Shown piece by piece: positions 48,391 to 61,984 of a stretch of 64,000 nt of DNA. Location: assembly GCA_947085185.1 (NCBI GenBank), contig CAMTVK010000003.1, positions 96,001 to 160,000 on the forward strand, in the 5' to 3' direction. The notes under the pieces are model-generated. The model made no database searches. It was not told where the DNA came from and saw nothing but the letters and a program-made list of their open reading frames with translations. The position numbers and the translations under genes were made by a program. Numbering within the stretch: the stretch's first letter is position 1; every line of letters begins with the position of its first letter. Source of the stretch: Candidatus Fraserbacteria bacterium. Lineage in GTDB: Bacteria > Bipolaricaulota > Bipolaricaulia > RBG-16-55-9 > DRXL01.

Positions 48391-49908
48391 GTGGTCAAGT
48401 GGCTCTCTATCGCCATACTGACGGTTTTGGTAGTACTCGTGAGTGAAAGTAAGCAGGAGCAGTCCCTGTGCACCCTGACAGTGCAGCCGGGGCAGTCCAT
48501 CCAAGAAACTATCGACAGGGCTCCTGAGGGCGCAATCATCTGCGTGAGCGCGGATAACTTTCCATATATGGAGCATCTGACGATCACGAAGAGCCTGACA
48601 CTACGTGGTGCCGGCAGGAATAAGACGTTCCTGACTGGTAAAGAAATAAGCGATCAGCCAGTTATCCATATCAAGAGCGATAGAGAAATCGAGGTCGTCC
48701 TTCAAGATTTCACGGAGTCTTGGAAGCCCGGTAGTGAGTTTCTCCCCGGACTTTGGGGTCTATATATTCAAGGGCAAGCCAAGGTTACGCTCCAAAACGT
48801 GGAGATCCGCAGAAATAGCTACGGAATTGTCGTAGGCGATACAACTCAGCTCCACCTCGACCGTGTGTACATTCACACGAACACATGGGCAGGCTTGCTA
48901 GCTATGAACTCCGCTAAAGTGACGATTACACATTCCTTAATCGACTACAACTGGTATGTTGGCGGGATTTTTGTGGCACATTTCGCTCAAGTGACTATCT
49001 TTAATACCACGCTGAGCAACAACTCCTCGGGGCTTGTTGTGAGAAACTTCGCCCACGTGGAAGTCCAAGAGAGCCGTTTCTTGAACAATAGGTGGTGTGG
49101 TTTAGAGGTTGGGACACCAGAGGCTCAAGTGATAGGGGCACCTCAAGAGTTCCAAGGCAACGGGGCTGATCTGTGCGGCTACGCTCACGCCTCGCTGCGG
49201 AAGCTTTTGGCTGCGCAGACTGAGAAGACTGAACTGACTGTGCCCGGTGATTATGCGAATCTTCAAGGAGCTGTAGACGCGATTGCACCTGGAGGCACGA
49301 TTACTATAGCTTCAGGCACCTATGAAGTAGGATTGACGTTGTGGAAGCCCATAACACTCCGCGGGGCTGGGTCGGAGCGAACAATTCTGAAGGCTTTAGC
49401 CAATTGCCAGCTTGTGGGTTCCATCCTCGCTGGGGTTGTTGGAATACAGATTGAGAATTTAGCGATCACTACAGAAGGGCGTGGGACAGCTCTGGTCATC
49501 TTAGGACAAGGGCGTTTCAACACCGTCAAGATCTTCGATAACGGGTTCGACGGCCTTTTTATAGGCGGCCCTGCCATTGTGGAGATGCACAACAGCACGA
49601 TCTCCAGCAACGGCTCCTTCCCGGAATGCTCGATGGATAGGGTCATTTGTAACGGTATAGCGCTGTCCGGCCAAGCCCAATTGAAACTGACCGACTCAGT
49701 TATCAAAGACAATTGGGATTGGGGAATTGCAGCTGATCTTAAGCAGTGTGGTTCCCCTTATGATGCCTTCACTGGGAGCGTGATTTTTGCAGGCACCAAT
49801 ATCATTGAGGGGAACAATCGCTGGGGCAACCAGAAGGGCATAGGCAATCCGGGGAATCACCCTTGGAATAATCCCAGTGTGCCCGACGGGCAGGTCTGCT
49901 TGCCATAA
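48391..49908 (+). CDS. Secreted right-handed parallel beta-helix protein (duplicated pectin-lyase-like/NosD-like domains)
   Basis: Two repeats starting IQETID/LQGAVD...G.Y...L.I.K..TLRGAG; Asn-ladder repeats; visibly lower GC than neighbours. Confidence 0.75.
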   Translation: MVKWLSIAILTVLVVLVSESKQEQSLCTLTVQPGQSIQETIDRAPEGAIICVSADNFPYMEHLTITKSLTLRGAGRNKTFLTGKEISDQPVIHIKSDREIEVVLQDFTESWKPGSEFLPGLWGLYIQGQAKVTLQNVEIRRNSYGIVVGDTTQLHLDRVYIHTNTWAGLLAMNSAKVTITHSLIDYNWYVGGIFVAHFAQVTIFNTTLSNNSSGLVVRNFAHVEVQESRFLNNRWCGLEVGTPEAQVIGAPQEFQGNGADLCGYAHASLRKLLAAQTEKTELTVPGDYANLQGAVDAIAPGGTITIASGTYEVGLTLWKPITLRGAGSERTILKALANCQLVGSILAGVVGIQIENLAITTEGRGTALVILGQGRFNTVKIFDNGFDGLFIGGPAIVEMHNSTISSNGSFPECSMDRVICNGIALSGQAQLKLTDSVIKDNWDWGIAADLKQCGSPYDAFTGSVIFAGTNIIEGNNRWGNQKGIGNPGNHPWNNPSVPDGQVCLP

Positions 49909-49912
49909 TAAA

Positions 49913-49974
49913 AAGCCATCAGCGATCAGCAGTCAACAATAGCAAATAAGAGCTGAAAGCTAATCGCTGATTGC
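49913..49974. repeat. Degenerate heptamer inverted-repeat hairpin in a convergent intergenic gap
   Basis: AGCCATCAGCGATCAGC ... GCTGAAAGCTAATCGCTGATTGCT. Confidence 0.55.
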
Positions 49975-51357
49975 TCACTTCGCGATCTTGGGAAAACTGA
50001 TGGGCCGGCCGTGCTTCATCGCGTAGAGCGTCGCGACAAACGCTTTCTTGATCTTCTCAAGCTCTGCGAGCGTCAGCGGCGCTTGGCTGAGCTGCCCGTC
50101 TTCAATTCTCTCGCGAATCGCCTCTTCAACGAGCGTCTCGATCCGCGACCCGTTCTCGATAGACCGAGACGACGCTTCAATGCCATCAGCCAGCATCACA
50201 ATCGCCGTCTCTTTCGTCTTGGGCAGCTCGGCATCGTAGCGAAAGTCGTCGATCGAACACTCTTTTTGGCCCTCTCGGAGCGCTTTGACATAAAAATACC
50301 GAATGACTGAAGTCCCATGATGCTGCGGGATGAACTGCAAGACGTCCTCTTTCAGGCCATAGCGTCTTCCAAGCTCGATCCCATCGCGAATGTGTGCCGT
50401 GATGATCGTCTTGCTCAAGCTTGGGGCGAGCGCATCATGGGGGTTGACCCCGTTCTGTTGGTTTTCTAAGAAGAACTCTGGACGAACGATCTTGCCGATG
50501 TCGTGATAATAGCCGCCGACTTTGGCTAAGAGCGGGTCTGCGCCGATGGCTTCGGCTGCGGCTTCGCTCAAGTCAGCGACGTTAAAGCTATGATGGTACG
50601 TTCCTGGGGCTTTCTCGCGCAGTAGATCTAAGAGTGGGTGCGAAGGGTTGAGCAGTTCCATCAACCCCAAAGGGCTGGTCTTCTGGGTAATATGCTCAGC
50701 TACCGGCAATAAGCCCATAATTAAGAGAGCCGTCAGGGGGCCGCTCAACGTCACCCCTAGGAGCGAGTCGGGCCGAAAGCCTCCCCAAATCAGCGTGCCG
50801 CTGCCGTAGACGAGCACGTTCATCAACGCGATCTCCAGGCCGCATCGGGCTAAGTCCGACAGTCGGCTCAAGCCTCTCACGCGAAAGATCGCCACGAGCC
50901 CTCCACTTAAGGCGATCAACCCCAAAAGCGGCTGCCCCAAAAGCCCGATCACCAAAGCGACAAAGATATTGGTCGCTAGCCCCATGGGAAGCCCTGCAAA
51001 GAGCGTCACCAGCGCGGTCGCCAAAGGAGCCGGAGCCAGATAGGGCACCCACGGATGAACTATCTGAACTAAGAGCACTGTGAAGAAGATCGAGCCTGCG
51101 GTAAACCCCACAAGCCGGGGTGATACCCGCACTCGATGTGCAGCGATGCCCAAAACCACACACGCGAAGGCCAGAAGCACCCCTTGAGCTGCAATCTGTG
51201 CCCAGGACTCCAAAGAGATTCTCTCAAGCAATGTCAGGCGGAACACCTCCAAGGCCATCAAGGCCGCCCACAACAGCCCAGCAATTCCAACCTCAGGGGA
51301 GCTACAGAATGGCAAGGAGGGCTCGGAAGGGTTAGCTCTTGCCTTCGCTCTTTTCAT
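49975..51357 (-). CDS. Membrane HDIG-domain phosphohydrolase (PgpH-like c-di-AMP phosphodiesterase family, lacking the large extracellular domain)
   Basis: APGTYHHS, YYHDIGK, NPHD, QHHGT, MLAD; downstream of phoH. Confidence 0.85.
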   Translation of the reverse strand: MKRAKARANPSEPSLPFCSSPEVGIAGLLWAALMALEVFRLTLLERISLESWAQIAAQGVLLAFACVVLGIAAHRVRVSPRLVGFTAGSIFFTVLLVQIVHPWVPYLAPAPLATALVTLFAGLPMGLATNIFVALVIGLLGQPLLGLIALSGGLVAIFRVRGLSRLSDLARCGLEIALMNVLVYGSGTLIWGGFRPDSLLGVTLSGPLTALLIMGLLPVAEHITQKTSPLGLMELLNPSHPLLDLLREKAPGTYHHSFNVADLSEAAAEAIGADPLLAKVGGYYHDIGKIVRPEFFLENQQNGVNPHDALAPSLSKTIITAHIRDGIELGRRYGLKEDVLQFIPQHHGTSVIRYFYVKALREGQKECSIDDFRYDAELPKTKETAIVMLADGIEASSRSIENGSRIETLVEEAIRERIEDGQLSQAPLTLAELEKIKKAFVATLYAMKHGRPISFPKIAK

Positions 51358-52276
51358 AAGCTTCGATGATCTTCTTCACCAAGGGGTGGCGGACGACATC
51401 GCGCTTGTCTAAATAGACGAACGCGATGCCCTCGATGTTTTTGAGGATCGTCTGGACATCTTTCAGTCCGGACTTGCCCTTCTGTAAGTCAATTTGGGTG
51501 ATATCTCCCGTGATCACGGCTTTGGATTTGAACCCTAAGCGCGTCAAGAACATCTTCATTTGGGTTGCTGTCGTATTCTGCGCTTCATCAAGGATAACGA
51601 ACGAGTTATTCAGAGTGCGGCCGCGCATGAACGCCAGCGGCGCGATCTCGATCCTGCCGTTTTCCATCAAGCGCTTCACTTCTTCGTAGGGGATCATATC
51701 GAAGATCGCGTCGTAGAGCGGGCGCAGATAGGGGCTGACTTTCGCCTCGATGTCGCCGGGGAGAAAGCCCAGCTCTTCCCCGGCTTCGACGGCAGGGCGG
51801 GTCAGTATCAACCGATGGCATCGTCCGCGCTTGAGATGATCAATAGCGATAGCGACAGCAAGATAGGTCTTTCCTGTGCCGGACGGCCCGATGCCAAAGA
51901 CGATATCGTTCTCACGGATGGCTTGGACATACTTAGCCTGCCCCATGGTCTTCGGGCGGATTTGTTCTCCCCAGTGGGTCGTCTGGATCGGCTCAGAGAG
52001 CACGCCATCAAGATTTTCTGACTCTTTCACGTGTTGAGAGAGGTAGCGCACCTCCTCGGGCGTGGGGACATGGCCGCTCTGGACGACCTCGAGCAACTTT
52101 TGGAAGAGATGCTGCACACGCGCGACTTCGTGCTCGGGGCCTTCGATGCGCACCGTGTCGCCGCGCCGCGTCACGCGCACCCCAAAGGTCTCAGCGATGA
52201 GAGTGATGTTCCGATCGTACTGCCCCAACACTGCTATGGCTTCCTCAGGGTTTTTAAGAAGGATTTCTTCTATCAC
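51332..52276 (-). CDS. phoH: PhoH family ATPase
   Basis: GPSGTGKT, RPAVEAGEELGFLPG, MRGRT, LDEAQN, VVRHPLV. Confidence 0.95.
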   Translation of the reverse strand: MIEEILLKNPEEAIAVLGQYDRNITLIAETFGVRVTRRGDTVRIEGPEHEVARVQHLFQKLLEVVQSGHVPTPEEVRYLSQHVKESENLDGVLSEPIQTTHWGEQIRPKTMGQAKYVQAIRENDIVFGIGPSGTGKTYLAVAIAIDHLKRGRCHRLILTRPAVEAGEELGFLPGDIEAKVSPYLRPLYDAIFDMIPYEEVKRLMENGRIEIAPLAFMRGRTLNNSFVILDEAQNTTATQMKMFLTRLGFKSKAVITGDITQIDLQKGKSGLKDVQTILKNIEGIAFVYLDKRDVVRHPLVKKIIEAYEKSEGKS

Positions 52277-52333
52277 GAATCCTCCTCTGGCTTTATCATA
52301 CCGATCTCATAGGCAGTTGTCAATAGGATCTTT

Positions 52334-53809
<1,476 letters not shown>

Positions 53810-53815
53810 TCAATC

Positions 53816-55807
<1,992 letters not shown>

Positions 55808-56007
55808 TGCTGTGGAGTGATTATACCCCAGAGGCAGGCTGAAGACCAAGGGGTGAGGGGGCTGTAATGGGTGCGGCATCTTTTATAATCAATGGGTGCA
55901 CCAAAACGTTCCGGTAACGATCTCTTGGCGCACTAACTAGCTGTATTTGACAATCCCTGTTTTTCCAGTAAGATGGATGCACCCCAGCCGAAGAAGGAGG
56001 TATCATC

Positions 56008-56226
56008 ATAGCGCGCGAAGATAATCTTGTGCGACGCGACGGCATCGTCGTTGCCGCCCCCAACCATGAACTGTATAAGATTGCTTTAGGCGACGGCCAT
56101 GAGATCACAGCATACTGTTGCGGCCGGATGCGGCGCTATCGCATTCGTATTCTCGTAGGTGACCGAGTCTCCGTAGAGTTTTCGCCCTATGACGTCAGTC
56201 AAGGGCGCATCGTCTATCGCTACTGA
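56008..56226 (+). CDS. infA: Translation initiation factor IF-1 (divergent; probable ATA start)
   Basis: GRMRRYRIRILVGDRVSVEFSPYD..QGRIVYR; SD GAAGGAGG 7 nt before in-frame ATA; TTGACA-16-TAAGAT upstream. Confidence 0.85.
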   Translation: MAREDNLVRRDGIVVAAPNHELYKIALGDGHEITAYCCGRMRRYRIRILVGDRVSVEFSPYDVSQGRIVYRY

Positions 56227-56248
56227 GCCGTGACTGCGGAGAGAGAGC

Positions 56249-56416
56249 ATGAGAAACGTGAAGCGTGTCTTGGAACGCTATCGCGCTGGGGAGCTGTCAG
56301 TCTACGACGTCGCTCGCGCGCTCAAGATCAGCTTGCTGCACGCTGAACGTCTCATCAGCCAGATGCAGCCTATTGCTCAAAGCTCTGAATCCAAGGCCCA
56401 AGACGACAAGAGATAA
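56249..56416 (+). CDS. Small HTH-like protein (55 aa), not in ORF track
   Basis: MRNVKRVLERYRAGELSVYDVARALKISLLHAERLISQ...; GGAGAG SD. Confidence 0.55.
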   Translation: MRNVKRVLERYRAGELSVYDVARALKISLLHAERLISQMQPIAQSSESKAQDDKR

Positions 56417-56448
56417 CATCGTCACCGCCAACGATTATTCTCTAGGCT

Positions 56449-57117
56449 ATGACCGCTCACGAGAGATTCCTCCAGATCGCTCAGCGCTTGGAGAAAAGAT
56501 TCGGAAGGATCCAATGGGAAAGCCACGGCGACCCCCTCGACGTCTTAGTCTTGACAATTCTCTCGCAAAACACCAACGACCAGAATCGCGATCGAGCCTA
56601 TGAGTCGCTCAAGAGAGAGTTCCCCACCTACGAGAGCATCGTGCGCGCGCCCACCGAAAGAGTCGCCGAGGCGATCAAAGTCGGCGGGCTCCATCGTCAG
56701 AAAGCTAAGCGCATCCAAGAGATCTTACGGCGCATCAAGCGCGAGCGCGGTGAGTACGATCTGAGCTATCTCAAAGACTTAAGCACCGAAGAAGCCGTCC
56801 GAGAGCTTCTCAAATTTGACGGTGTAGGGAAGAAGACTGCCGGGGTCGTGCTCACGTTCAGCCTGAATAAGCCCTACTTCCCCGTCGACACCCATATTCA
56901 TAGAATCACCCAGCGCCTCGGACTAGTGAAGAAGCATCAAGATCCGCACGACGTGATGAACGCGCTCGTCCCGGATCACTTAAAATATCAGGTGCACTTG
57001 CACTTGATCTGGCATGGGCGCCAGACGTGCACGGCCCGCAGGCCCCGCTGCGATCAGTGCATGATCGCCGATCTGTGCCCATATCCGAAGAAATTACGCG
57101 CTAGATCTCTTAGTTAG
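56449..57117 (+). CDS. nth: Endonuclease III (HhH-GPD glycosylase)
   Basis: ILSQNTND, GVGKKTA, PVDTH, C-x6-C-x2-C-x5-C. Confidence 0.9.
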   Translation: MTAHERFLQIAQRLEKRFGRIQWESHGDPLDVLVLTILSQNTNDQNRDRAYESLKREFPTYESIVRAPTERVAEAIKVGGLHRQKAKRIQEILRRIKRERGEYDLSYLKDLSTEEAVRELLKFDGVGKKTAGVVLTFSLNKPYFPVDTHIHRITQRLGLVKKHQDPHDVMNALVPDHLKYQVHLHLIWHGRQTCTARRPRCDQCMIADLCPYPKKLRARSLS

Positions 57118-57477
57118 GGGAACAGCAACAGCTCGTTGCAACCGAGCCTGTACTTCCTCCCAGTCCAGCTCAGATAGATGCCCAACTACCTTCACGCTGG
57201 CTTTGGGTAGCGTCACTAGAAACGTACGGAATGCGGAGGGGTATCGTAGACCGGCTACAACCCAGTCTTTGAGAACGTAATCCGTGGCAGTTATAGCGCT
57301 CTCGATCTGACTGGTCAAAAGCCCAATAATCACATCAGGACGAGCAGTATGATACATGTCCGTTGAAACCACCACAGCGGGGCGTCTCTTGAGACCCTCC
57401 ACTCCTGGAAAACTCACAACGACAACATCCCCAGGATGGATTGCTTTCCTAGCTCTTCTCATTCGCTTCTGCGCCAT
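57094..57477 (-). CDS. PemK/MazF family toxin
   Basis: GDVVVVSFP...KRRPAVVVS...GLLTS...GLRYPS; start may be 57462. Confidence 0.85.
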   Translation of the reverse strand: MAQKRMRRARKAIHPGDVVVVSFPGVEGLKRRPAVVVSTDMYHTARPDVIIGLLTSQIESAITATDYVLKDWVVAGLRYPSAFRTFLVTLPKASVKVVGHLSELDWEEVQARLQRAVAVPLTKRSSA

Positions 57478-57649
57478 ATCTCAACGAAGCTCTCACAACA
57501 TCCTGTAAATCTTCCTCATTCCACGCTGTATGCTCATCTACGAGGGGAATGACGTCGTTCAGTATGAGAGCAGCTAAACGCAACCGCTCCTTTAAAGAGA
57601 GCTGACGCACGACCTTGGTGTAGATTCTGTCTGCAGTTTGAGCTGTCAT
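57449..57649 (-). CDS. Putative cognate antitoxin
   Basis: Small ORF overlapping the toxin start; LSLKERLRLAALIL...WNEEDL. Confidence 0.7.
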   Translation of the reverse strand: MTAQTADRIYTKVVRQLSLKERLRLAALILNDVIPLVDEHTAWNEEDLQDVVRASLRYGAEANEKS

Positions 57650-57697
57650 ATCATGGCCTCCCTTGGTATTCTAGCAAGGGAACCCCAGGGTGTCGAA

Positions 57698-58429
57698 TCA
57701 CGAGCCTTTCAATCGGTGCAAGACACCCTCAAAATCTTGGGGCAGCGGCGCTTCAAAGCGCACTCTTTGTGCTGTCGTCGGATGGACGAGCTCGATCGCC
57801 ACAGCGTGCAGGAGCATGCGGGTCACACCCAGCTCTTGACGGAGCTTTTCGTTCAGTTCGGCTCTTCCGTAGAGATCGTCTCCGGCGATGGGGCAGCCCA
57901 CGGCAGCCAAGTGCGCCCGCACTTGATGGGTCCGTCCCGTGCGCGGATAGACCGCAACATACGAGAGCTTTTCGCTGGCCCACTCAAAAAGCTCTAGACG
58001 CTTATAGTCCGTCTGGGCGTAGATGCCCCCGCGCTTGACGGGCACCATCAGCACCAGCCAGCGCTTCCGATCCATCTGCTTCTGCAAGTGCCATCGAATC
58101 GAGCCCTGCGGACGGATCTCGCCGATCACGAGCGCCCGATACTCCTTCTGGATCTCTTTGAACTTGAGTTGGCGATTCAAAGAGCGTGCGGCTTCTTTGG
58201 ACTTGGCAAGCACCGTGACGCCCGAGGTCTCTTTATCTAAACGATGGACGAACGCGGGCGTAAAATCCGAAGTGAAACCCGATCCTCTCAGATATTCTCG
58301 CGCGTGAGCCAGCAGCGTCGGCTCTCCTGAACGATCTCCGTGCATGAGCCAGCCTGCCGGCTTGTCGAGCACTAAGAGCGTATCGTCTTCGTAGAGAACG
58401 CGCTCAGCGAAGGGCATCGACGTCCACAT
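57698..58429 (-). CDS. RluA/RluD family pseudouridine synthase
   Basis: LDKPAG, VHRLDKETSG, TGRTHQVRAHL, LLHA; start approximate. Confidence 0.92.
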   Translation of the reverse strand: MWTSMPFAERVLYEDDTLLVLDKPAGWLMHGDRSGEPTLLAHAREYLRGSGFTSDFTPAFVHRLDKETSGVTVLAKSKEAARSLNRQLKFKEIQKEYRALVIGEIRPQGSIRWHLQKQMDRKRWLVLMVPVKRGGIYAQTDYKRLELFEWASEKLSYVAVYPRTGRTHQVRAHLAAVGCPIAGDDLYGRAELNEKLRQELGVTRMLLHAVAIELVHPTTAQRVRFEAPLPQDFEGVLHRLKGS

Positions 58430-58546
58430 GTTGCTTCGGCTCCATGCACAAGGTATTATGAAACAATCTCTACGCAAGCGCAACAGGAGGCCCCATGCTG
58501 CCTATCTGGGTGCCCTCGAACGCTGCGCACCTGAAAGGAGCAGATC

Positions 58547-59341
58547 ATGAACTACCAGACGATCCTCTACGAAGTCGCAGACGGTGCCGCCACCATTACC
58601 CTCAACCGTCCTGACGTGCTGAACGCCGCGAATCTTCAGATGCTGAGAGAGTTGCACACCGCGATAGAAGCCGTGCGCACCGACGCGAGCGTGCGCGCTG
58701 TCGTGCTCACAGGGGGTGAGCGAGCCTTTTGCGCTGGAGCTGATCTTGCGGGCATGGGCGAGGGCTTTGATGTACAGAATCCCTTGGATGTGCGGCGCTG
58801 GCTCGTCGAGCTCTTCAATCCCTTGATTTTGAAGATCTTCGAGATGGAGAAGCCGTGGATCGCGGCGGTCAACGGCGTCGCTGCCGGAGGGGGATGTCAG
58901 CTTGCGCTGGCGTGCGATCTCGTCGTGATCGCCGAAGACGCGTATTTCTGCGAGATTTTTGCGCAGCGTGGGCTGGTCGTAGACTTAGGAGGGCTGTTCT
59001 TGCTTCCCAGACTTGTCGGGCTGCACAAAGCCAAAGAGCTGGCGTTCTTCGCTGAAAAGATCTATGGCCCACAAGCAGTCGCATTAGGACTGGCCAATAG
59101 GTGCCTCCCCAGGGGGGATCTGCTTCACGTAGCCCGCGACTGGGCCAAAAGATTAGCTGAAGGCCCAACTGTTGCTCTAGGGCTGATGAAGCTCGGTATG
59201 AACCGCGGGCTGCAGATGGCACTCTCTGACGTGATGTACTACGAGGCTGCCGCGCAAGCGCTCGCGATACAAACCCACGACGTGCGGGAGGGCCTGCAGG
59301 CGTTCCTCGAAAAGAGAGCTCCAAAGTTCCAGGGACGGTAG
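58547..59341 (+). CDS. Enoyl-CoA hydratase/isomerase (PaaG-like)
   Basis: ITLNRPDVLNA, FCAGADL, AVNGVAAGGG, AFLEKRAPKFQGR. Confidence 0.92.
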   Translation: MNYQTILYEVADGAATITLNRPDVLNAANLQMLRELHTAIEAVRTDASVRAVVLTGGERAFCAGADLAGMGEGFDVQNPLDVRRWLVELFNPLILKIFEMEKPWIAAVNGVAAGGGCQLALACDLVVIAEDAYFCEIFAQRGLVVDLGGLFLLPRLVGLHKAKELAFFAEKIYGPQAVALGLANRCLPRGDLLHVARDWAKRLAEGPTVALGLMKLGMNRGLQMALSDVMYYEAAAQALAIQTHDVREGLQAFLEKRAPKFQGR

Positions 59342-59435
59342 AACTGGACGAGTCCGACGATAAAGCGCACTGGCTTGCCAAAACACCCAGCGAGCGTCTC
59401 CAAGCCCTCGAGCTCATCCGGCAAATAGTCTATGG

Positions 59436-59963
59436 CTACCGTGACAATTCGAGCAGCTTATACGCCACAACAGCCGCTGCGGCGGCCACCGTGAGCGAGC
59501 GCGTCACCCCCAGCATCGGCAGCTCGACAATGATATCAGCCAGTTCTAAGACCTCCTGGGAAACCCCGTATGTCTCGTGCCCCACGATGAGCACCGCCGG
59601 CAGCCGAGCGACCAGCTCAGCGTAAGAGACGCTTCGGGGGTGTTGCTCAATAGCGATGATCGTCTTGCCTTGGGCTTTGAGCTCCCGGATTGCTGAGATC
59701 GCATCAGGACGATGCTCCCAAGGGACCCACTGCTCGGTACCCACAGCGGCTTTGTGAATTCTAGGATGAGGGGGCGTGGGCGTCTGCCCACACAGATAGA
59801 TCTTTTCAGCAGCGACAGCATCAGCGACGCGAAAGAGCGCCCCAACGTTAAACGTATCTTGCACGTTATCGACCACGAAGCTGATGGGCTGGCGCGGGAT
59901 AGACGCGATCTCTTGGGGAGTGGGCGTTCCCTTGCGCAGCGCGCGCGGCGGAAGCTTCTTCAT
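59436..59963 (-). CDS. SpoU/TrmH family RNA methyltransferase
   Basis: DNVQDTFNVGALFR, VGHETYGV, LPMLG...SL.V. Confidence 0.88.
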   Translation of the reverse strand: MKKLPPRALRKGTPTPQEIASIPRQPISFVVDNVQDTFNVGALFRVADAVAAEKIYLCGQTPTPPHPRIHKAAVGTEQWVPWEHRPDAISAIRELKAQGKTIIAIEQHPRSVSYAELVARLPAVLIVGHETYGVSQEVLELADIIVELPMLGVTRSLTVAAAAAVVAYKLLELSR

Positions 59964-61417
59964 CGCGATGTGAGCTTGCTCTGTAACACCCTTGCCGTGA
60001 AGCTTGCCAGATCACGAAAGAGCTTTTCGATCTGTGCTTCTTTCTCTTGGGGAGCAAGCTTCAGATGCGCATCAATGCGAGATGCCATCTCGTGCATCTC
60101 GCTGGGGTCGGCCCACGGTTCCAGATGGTGCAAGAGCAATCTGTGCGCGCCCTTGCGCTCCATCACCTCCAGCCCGTCGAGCATCTGCCGATGGGGCGTC
60201 CCCTCCCAGATAGAGAGAATCATCGCTTCGCGCAGCCAGCGATCCATCCCAAACTCAGCCAACGTCCCGATCCCGCCGTAGACCTCCATAGCCCACTTGG
60301 CCGTCTGCGCTGCGAACTCCGCCGTCCAATACTTCGCCAAGTGCGCGATCAACCGAAAGAGCTGATACTCTTCAGAATACGGCGGCGTCTGACGCCACAC
60401 GCTCTCCAAGAGCGTCACGGCCTCCCACGCGAGCGCAAACGCGCTCTCCAGCTGAGCTATACGATCTGCGCACTGCTTGCGCAAGAGCGCATGTTCAATG
60501 ATCGTCCTGCCAAACGCCGCGCGCTCTTGCGCGAAGCTCAGCGCATCAGCGAGCGCGCGCTGCGCGAGCGCGACGCTCCCAATGCTGTTGGCTACCCGCG
60601 AGAGATTCAAGACCTCCAAGATCAGATAGACGCCCCACTCCGTCTTGCCCAGCAGATACGCTTCGCTCTCTTTGAGTTCGACTTCACCGGTGGGCACGGA
60701 GCGCGTGGCGATCTTGTCTTTCAGTCTTCTGATAGTGTAGTTGAGGCTCCCATCGTGGCGATATTTAGGGAGCAGAAAGAGCGCCAGACCGCGCACGGTC
60801 TTCGGTGCCCCCTCCGGGCGAGCCGCCACGACCGCTAACTCTGCCCCAGCGTTGCTCGCAAAATATTTTTCGCCCGTGAGCACCCAATGATCCCCCGCAG
60901 GCTTGGCGATAGTCTCAACGGCAGCGCCCAAATCTGAGCCGCCCTTCACTTCCGTCATCCATGTTGCGCCTTGCCAGACGGTCTCGTCGCGCTTCAACAG
61001 CTCCGGCAGAAAACGAGCTTTGACGCTCTCAGCTCCATATTTTTCTAACGGCACCGCCGTCGCGAGCGAGACCGTATACGGACAATAGAGCCCCGGATCG
61101 TAGAACGACGTCACATAGCCCAACAGATACGAAGAAATCAGAGATCTTTCGTCAAAGACGCGCCAGACGATCCCGGTCTTGTAGCCGTGATGCAGCAGCT
61201 TCCAATACTCTGGGAGAAAGAGGATCTCGTCAATGCGCTTGCCGAAGCGGTCGAACATCTTCAGCCAGGGGGTGCCAGCTCGATCTATTTGTGCAGAGAT
61301 CGCCTTGCCTTCATGCTCCCAAAACGCCTCGGAAGCTCTCAGAGCCTGCTCACACGCCACAGCACCAAGCATCTGCTTTAAGAACGTCACCGGCGAAGAG
61401 AGTCTTTCCCAGCTCAT
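59960..61417 (-). CDS. Acyl-CoA dehydrogenase family protein (AidB-like)
   Basis: WMTEVKGGSD, GEKYFASN, RRLKDKIATRSVPTGE, IWEGT. Confidence 0.88.
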   Translation of the reverse strand: MSWERLSSPVTFLKQMLGAVACEQALRASEAFWEHEGKAISAQIDRAGTPWLKMFDRFGKRIDEILFLPEYWKLLHHGYKTGIVWRVFDERSLISSYLLGYVTSFYDPGLYCPYTVSLATAVPLEKYGAESVKARFLPELLKRDETVWQGATWMTEVKGGSDLGAAVETIAKPAGDHWVLTGEKYFASNAGAELAVVAARPEGAPKTVRGLALFLLPKYRHDGSLNYTIRRLKDKIATRSVPTGEVELKESEAYLLGKTEWGVYLILEVLNLSRVANSIGSVALAQRALADALSFAQERAAFGRTIIEHALLRKQCADRIAQLESAFALAWEAVTLLESVWRQTPPYSEEYQLFRLIAHLAKYWTAEFAAQTAKWAMEVYGGIGTLAEFGMDRWLREAMILSIWEGTPHRQMLDGLEVMERKGAHRLLLHHLEPWADPSEMHEMASRIDAHLKLAPQEKEAQIEKLFRDLASFTARVLQSKLTSR

Positions 61418-61594
61418 AGTGCCTCCTTATGATTAGATTACGACACCGTCTTCCCAGAATCAACTCGAATCGCTAAGATCACGAAAGACGCGCGGGAAAC
61501 GCTGAAGCTTCCGTGTCATCCGCGCTTTTCCGCGCCTCCCGTGATTCAACCACCTAAGCTCGCTATAATAAGCAAACAGATAAAGGAGGCTTCC

Positions 61595-61921
61595 GTGATC
61601 CCCCTAGAAGACTTTCAGAAGATCGAATTGCGCGTCGCGACGATCTTAGCTGCTGAGCGCGTCCCCGGCACAGATAAGCTGGTGAAGCTCCAAGTCGATC
61701 TCGGCAGCGAGCAGCGCCAGCTTGTCGCAGGGATCGCCAAGCACTATGCCCCAGAAGAGCTCGTGGGCACGCAGATCGTCGTCGTGGCGAATCTGCAGCC
61801 CGCGGTCATCCGCGGCGTCGCATCACAGGGAATGCTGTTGGCCGCCAGCACCGACGATCAGTCGCAGCTGGCGCTGGTCACGCTCCAGCGCCCCATGCCC
61901 AACGGCTGCCGCGTCACGTGA
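61595..61921 (+). CDS. Stand-alone tRNA-binding protein (MetG C-terminal / CsaA / Trbp111 family)
   Basis: EDFQKIELRV, VAGIAKHY, NLQPAVIRGVASQGMLLAA; SD AAGGAGG before GTG 61595. Confidence 0.88.
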   Translation: MIPLEDFQKIELRVATILAAERVPGTDKLVKLQVDLGSEQRQLVAGIAKHYAPEELVGTQIVVVANLQPAVIRGVASQGMLLAASTDDQSQLALVTLQRPMPNGCRVT

Positions 61922-61984
61922 ATTTGACGCAGCACTCCAGAGCACCGTAAGATAGAACGACTCTCCTATGAGGAGGCGACGACC

